This document shows positions 60,128 to 64,000 of a DNA stretch of 64,000 nucleotides, piece by piece. The notes below the pieces were generated by a model. It made no database searches and had not been told where the DNA came from. It worked only from the letters and a program-made list of their open reading frames with translations. The position numbers were made by a program, and so were the translations under genes. Source of the stretch: Latescibacteria bacterium UBA6620 (lineage in GTDB: Bacteria; Latescibacterota; UBA2968); contig DJHM01000042.1 of NCBI GenBank assembly GCA_002433075.1, positions 2,804-66,803 of the forward strand. Direction: 5' to 3'. How positions within the stretch are numbered: position 1 is the first letter of the stretch; each line of letters starts with the position of its first letter.

Positions 60128-61315
60128 ATGACGGATCGTAGACCACTCCTTGTCACCGTGGGGCACGCCGATGCCGACATCGTCGGATCGAATCATCGCG
60201 CACTCCAGTCGGCCGTCGACTACGTTGCCGGCCTCGGCGGCGGCGTTGTTCGCGTCGAGGCTGGACGCTACGAGATGCGGGATTCGCTTCATCTCCGGTC
60301 GAACGTCGTTCTCGAGAGTCGCGGAGCCGTCCTGGCCAAAGCCGACGCGGCCTCCAGCCCGCTGGTAATCGACGGGGACTACGGCGAAGAGCAGATTACG
60401 CTGGCCGACCCCACCGGTTTCCACGTAGGCGACGGCGTGAGTGTGGGAGACGACGCATCGGGAGGCTTCCATCACGTCGTAGCCACCCTGCTGTGGCAGG
60501 ACGGATCGACGTTCGGAGTTAGCAAGCCGATGAACGGTGATTACCTCGTGTCCAGGAACGCTCGCGCGGCCACGACGTTTCCCGTCATCAGTGGTTACCA
60601 CGTCGAGGGTGTGTCCATCTCAGGCTTCGAGATTCAGGGGAACAGGGGAAACAACGAGTACCTCACGGGTTGCCGGGGAGCGGGCATCTTCCTCTATCGC
60701 AGTCACGGCACGAGGATCCGGGATTGCCGTGTGCTCGACTACGCCGGGGATGGCATCAGCTTTCAGCAGAGTCACGGCGTTACAGTCGAAGACTGCCTGT
60801 CGGAAGGCAATACGCATCTCGGCCTCCATCCTGGCAGCGGCAGCGGCTCACCCGAAATCCGTCGGTGCCGATCTCAGAAGAACGGCCAGACCGGGCTGTT
60901 CCTCTGTTGGCGCGTCAAGCACGGCGTCTTCGAAGACAACCAACTCCTAGACAACGGGCGAACGGGGATTTCGATCGGTCACAAAGACACGGACAACCTG
61001 TTCACCCGGAACACGATCCGGGGTAACGGCCGCGAGGGGATTCTTTTCAGAGACGAATCGGAGCCGATGGCAGGACATCGGAATCGATTCATCGGCAACG
61101 ACGTCGTCGGGAATGGATCCGCCGAAGATGGATGCGGGGTCCGCATCCTCGGACACACACACGACCTCGTGTTCGAGCAGAATCGCATCACAGACGACGA
61201 ATCGGGGGTTCAGACAATCGCCCTCTACGTCGGCAGCCACGCCGAGACACCTCGACTCGATGAGAACGAAGTCGCCGGCGCAATCGTCGACGAAACCGAA
61301 CAGGTCGACGCATGA
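60128..61315 (+). CDS. Right-handed parallel beta-helix repeat protein (pectin-lyase fold; probable glycan hydrolase or lyase).
   Basis: Repeated G-x-G/NxxxGI motifs (GISFQQSHG, GLFLCWR, GISIGHKD, GILFRDES) typical of PbH1 repeats. Confidence 0.65.
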   Translation: MTDRRPLLVTVGHADADIVGSNHRALQSAVDYVAGLGGGVVRVEAGRYEMRDSLHLRSNVVLESRGAVLAKADAASSPLVIDGDYGEEQITLADPTGFHVGDGVSVGDDASGGFHHVVATLLWQDGSTFGVSKPMNGDYLVSRNARAATTFPVISGYHVEGVSISGFEIQGNRGNNEYLTGCRGAGIFLYRSHGTRIRDCRVLDYAGDGISFQQSHGVTVEDCLSEGNTHLGLHPGSGSGSPEIRRCRSQKNGQTGLFLCWRVKHGVFEDNQLLDNGRTGISIGHKDTDNLFTRNTIRGNGREGILFRDESEPMAGHRNRFIGNDVVGNGSAEDGCGVRILGHTHDLVFEQNRITDDESGVQTIALYVGSHAETPRLDENEVAGAIVDETEQVDA

Positions 61316-62862
61316 CCTTCGTTGTCGCCCTCTGCCTTCTGTTTGTCCCTTCCGCGCAAGCCGATAGCGAGCTGGCCGAGAGGAACGCCACCCTTGCTCA
61401 CGCTGCGCTGGGACAGGCGCACGATCTGCTCGTTGTCTGGACCGGTCGCAAGGATTCAGAGTCCAGTCTGCTGCGATCCGGTGAGGGCGGAAACCGCTGG
61501 ACCGTCGCCACCACCGCCGCTGAACTGTATACATCCCTCGTTGTCGCCGCCTGGCTCACCGACACCCCCCTCTACGAGGGTCTTCTCAGGGAAACGCTAC
61601 GCGACGAAATCAGGCTGACTTCGCGTCTTGCCGCGTTGCCCGACGACTACGACCTGAACCGCAGGCGGTTCAGAAGATCCACAACCGACTCGGAACGAAT
61701 TGTGGACGGTGCCGCGCGATATGCAGAGGGCCTTTCGCAGACCTCCGCGCTGACCGGCCCCGGCCCCTGGTCGGAGCGAATGCGTTCGATTGTCGACGCT
61801 GTCTTTCTCCGTGCCGATGTGGTCAGCGGCTACGCAGAAGGCCCACTCCCCTCCGATCGGGCAGCCGTCAACGGTCGATACCTCAAGTTGCTCCCCCTTC
61901 TGGCCATGGCAACAGGCGATGAGGGATATCTCTATTACGCCCGGCGAATCGGTGACGCCTACTGCGTCGGAATCTTCCCCGGGAACGAGGGGCTTCCTGC
62001 GGACCGGTGGGATTTCGTCGCCGACAAACCCCGGGACCGCGAATGGACGCTTGACGGCGGCGGTGCAGCGTTGGTGGAAGGCCTTATCGATCTCTACGAG
62101 ACCGAAATTAGGGACGGATCGCCTCGCGCAGAGATCTACCGACCCGCCATCGCCAGGGTCTTTGACATCCTCTTTCGCCAGGGACAGACCACCGGGAATC
62201 GCCTGTCCTATCGGATCGAAACCGACGGAAGGGGAGGGTTCAACATCGACCGACGGCGGGCAAGTTCCCACGAATCGCGTTTTCTCGCTGCGGCAGCCCG
62301 GTTCAGTACTCTTAGCGGCAACCCGACATACTTCAGGCTGGCGACGGAGGCAGCCTCCAGTCTCGCATCCGAAGATGAAATTTCGCTCCAAGACCTTGAC
62401 CTGCTTGCCGTTGAGATCGGCACGGAAAAACTTCTCGCACGCACGAGGGCGGACGTGGAACGGGCCGCACAGATCGCCCCGTCTTCACACATCGATGAAA
62501 GAGCCGACGCAAGACGCCTTCGCAGATTGACCACGCTGGCTACGGACGCCCAGGCAGGTGTCAGACTGACTCCCTGGCGTACCGACCTTCGGTGGGGTGC
62601 ATCGATCCAGGGCCACACACTTCACGTTTCACTAGCGTCGGATGAACCCTGGGAGGGGCAGATCCTCTTCGCTGAACCCCACGCGCTTTCCCAAGCCGGT
62701 TACCCTCGCCACTATCCGATCGATGCCGACACCAGATACGCCGTGCGATTCCCCAGCACGAACACATCCGCCGTCTGGCAGGGCAGCTACCTTGCCCGAG
62801 GCCTGTCCGTCGAGTTGGAAGGACAGCAGCCCCTCACCTTTTCGATCGTACGCCAACCGTAG
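61312..62862 (+). CDS. Secreted hypothetical protein, possibly an alpha/alpha-toroid glycoside-hydrolase-like fold.
   Basis: Signal peptide MTFVVALCLLFVPSAQA. 516 aa. ATGA overlap with the beta-helix gene. Confidence 0.4.
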   Translation: MTFVVALCLLFVPSAQADSELAERNATLAHAALGQAHDLLVVWTGRKDSESSLLRSGEGGNRWTVATTAAELYTSLVVAAWLTDTPLYEGLLRETLRDEIRLTSRLAALPDDYDLNRRRFRRSTTDSERIVDGAARYAEGLSQTSALTGPGPWSERMRSIVDAVFLRADVVSGYAEGPLPSDRAAVNGRYLKLLPLLAMATGDEGYLYYARRIGDAYCVGIFPGNEGLPADRWDFVADKPRDREWTLDGGGAALVEGLIDLYETEIRDGSPRAEIYRPAIARVFDILFRQGQTTGNRLSYRIETDGRGGFNIDRRRASSHESRFLAAAARFSTLSGNPTYFRLATEAASSLASEDEISLQDLDLLAVEIGTEKLLARTRADVERAAQIAPSSHIDERADARRLRRLTTLATDAQAGVRLTPWRTDLRWGASIQGHTLHVSLASDEPWEGQILFAEPHALSQAGYPRHYPIDADTRYAVRFPSTNTSAVWQGSYLARGLSVELEGQQPLTFSIVRQP

Positions 62863-62975
62863 CCGCTCTTCAGGAACCCCACCCCTCTATCCGAGTTTAA
62901 GAAGGGTTGTCGCAGGAAGAGGCCGAACGAGCCGCTACCAGGATTCTGGTGCTGCGCCACCCATTCGGGGCTGCT

Positions 62976-63116
62976 GTGAACCGATTTTTTTCACTCACCG
63001 CTTCGCTTCTGCTTATGGCGTGTGGGTCGACGGACGAGGGGCCGTTCGTCTCGAAGCCCGACGAAAACACGCCGGACGAGCCCGGTCAACCATCACTGAG
63101 GCGGGGCGTTGGCTGA
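62976..63116 (+). CDS. Possible small lipoprotein (GTG start).
   Basis: Lipobox-like LLLMAC followed by Pro/Glu/Asp-rich residues. Short and not independently supported. Confidence 0.2.
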   Translation: MNRFFSLTASLLLMACGSTDEGPFVSKPDENTPDEPGQPSLRRGVG

Positions 63117-63120
63117 CCGT

Positions 63121-64000
63121 TTACTGCGGGACGAACAGAAGACACACGCATTCGGGAATGTCAGTCACAGCCCCTGTAGGGGAGAGCGCTCCGGTATCTC
63201 TGTCGATCGCGAAGGTCGTCGTCTTGTTCGAGTTGGATCCTGCCGACAACAGGAAGGACCCACTCGGGTCGATCGCGAAATTCCTCGGCACAGGTTCGAC
63301 ATCCGTACGGGCAACGAACTCGATCGCGCCCGTGGCCTCATCGATGCTGTAGCACGCGATCGTGTTGTGCCCTCTGTTGGACCCGTAGACGAACTTCCCG
63401 TTCGGATGAACGTGAACGTCCGCGGTCGAGAAACCCTGCTCGACCTCTCCGGGCAACGTAGACAGAGTGTTGATCTCCTCGAGCGACCCGAATTTAGGGT
63501 CGTAACTCAGTGCGCTCATCGTGCATCCGATCTCGTTAATGAGATACGCATTCTTTCCATTTGGATGGAAATCGAAGTGTCGGGGACCGGCGCCAGGCGC
63601 CGTATCCAGATATCCGGCCGGGCGCAGCTTCCCACGGTTAATTTCGATCTCGTAAATCACCACCTGGTCCATCCCCAGATCTGCCAGATAGGCAAACCGG
63701 TTCTGCGCATCGATGTTGACCGAGTGCGCGTACGGGCCCTGCTGCCTTTCTAGAATGCTCGATCCCGAATGCTGAATCTTCTCGGTCGCCTCACCCAATC
63801 GGCCGTCGCTCCCCGTGGGGTAGACGGATACCGTTCCGGATGTGTAGTTGGCCACGATCAGGAAAGCGCCGGTCGCATCACACATCAGGTGACAAGGCGC
63901 CGCACCGTGGGATGGCTGCTCGTTCAAATGGGTCAGCCCGCCTCCACTCCCGATCTCGTAGGCAGTGACCGCGCCCACGTCGTCCTCGTTTGCCGCGTAG
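63121..64000 (-). CDS. 6-phosphogluconolactonase-like 7-bladed beta-propeller lactonase. 5'-partial: the true start lies beyond the window end.
   Basis: Repeated blades with the pattern 'HP.GKF.Y..N..', as in YbhE/Pgl-type lactonases. The ORF runs off the window. Confidence 0.6.
   Translation of the reverse strand, partial: YAANEDDVGAVTAYEIGSGGGLTHLNEQPSHGAAPCHLMCDATGAFLIVANYTSGTVSVYPTGSDGRLGEATEKIQHSGSSILERQQGPYAHSVNIDAQNRFAYLADLGMDQVVIYEIEINRGKLRPAGYLDTAPGAGPRHFDFHPNGKNAYLINEIGCTMSALSYDPKFGSLEEINTLSTLPGEVEQGFSTADVHVHPNGKFVYGSNRGHNTIACYSIDEATGAIEFVARTDVEPVPRNFAIDPSGSFLLSAGSNSNKTTTFAIDRDTGALSPTGAVTDIPECVCLLFVPQ

Noticed and set aside
1-64000. CRISPR arrays, rRNA and tRNA genes, integrase/transposase genes
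   Set aside because: None found. There are no regularly spaced direct repeats, no rRNA-like conserved blocks, no cloverleaf candidates, and no recombinase or transposase ORFs. The only mobile-element hint is the GIY-YIG insertion.

Overview
This is a high-GC (about 62%) bacterial chromosomal segment. The codon code is standard, and TGA is a normal stop (for example in ilvH and leuD). The gene order is consistent with an FCB-superphylum-like organism, because an orphan T9SS C-terminal sorting domain is present. Identified genes, in order:
- Positions 2-9 kb, minus strand: an Nramp/APC-like transporter and the 2-oxoglutarate dehydrogenase operon (sucA, sucB, lpdA).
- A divergent intergenic region carrying a candidate Ile/Leu/Val-rich leader peptide and attenuator.
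- A branched-chain amino-acid super-operon: ilvH, ilvC, leuA, leuC, leuD, leuB, an ArsC-family gene with an in-frame TGA at the catalytic-Cys codon (selenoprotein candidate), and cimA.
- A PLP aminotransferase, argJ, an aspartate aminotransferase, and accA.
- An AT-rich non-coding island with a consensus sigma70 promoter and a candidate small RNA.
- A multiply disrupted comEC.
- ecfT, truA, htrA, psd, pssA; then a small membrane protein, tatA, gatA and gatB, translationally coupled to an uncharacterised trio (DUF3604 hydrolase-like protein, SAM methyltransferase, DUF2064/TIGR04282 transferase).
- A palindromic repeat cluster.
- A sugar ABC transporter (binding protein, permease, ATPase) and a MATE efflux pump.
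- An accessory region with several frameshifted genes (porin, solute-binding protein, MBL hydrolase), a VKOR-DsbA fusion, amidohydrolases, a Rieske protein, trxB, a PhyH dioxygenase, speH, a GIY-YIG gene embedded in a duplicated sequence, Gfo/Idh/MocA oxidoreductases, an M24 peptidase, a beta-helix protein and a lactonase-like beta-propeller.
No rRNA, tRNA or CRISPR array was found.
The most interesting calls are the ArsC selenocysteine candidate, the ilv leader-peptide attenuator and the gatAB-coupled DUF3604/MT/DUF2064 cluster. All product calls rest on motif recognition from the translations, not on database searches.
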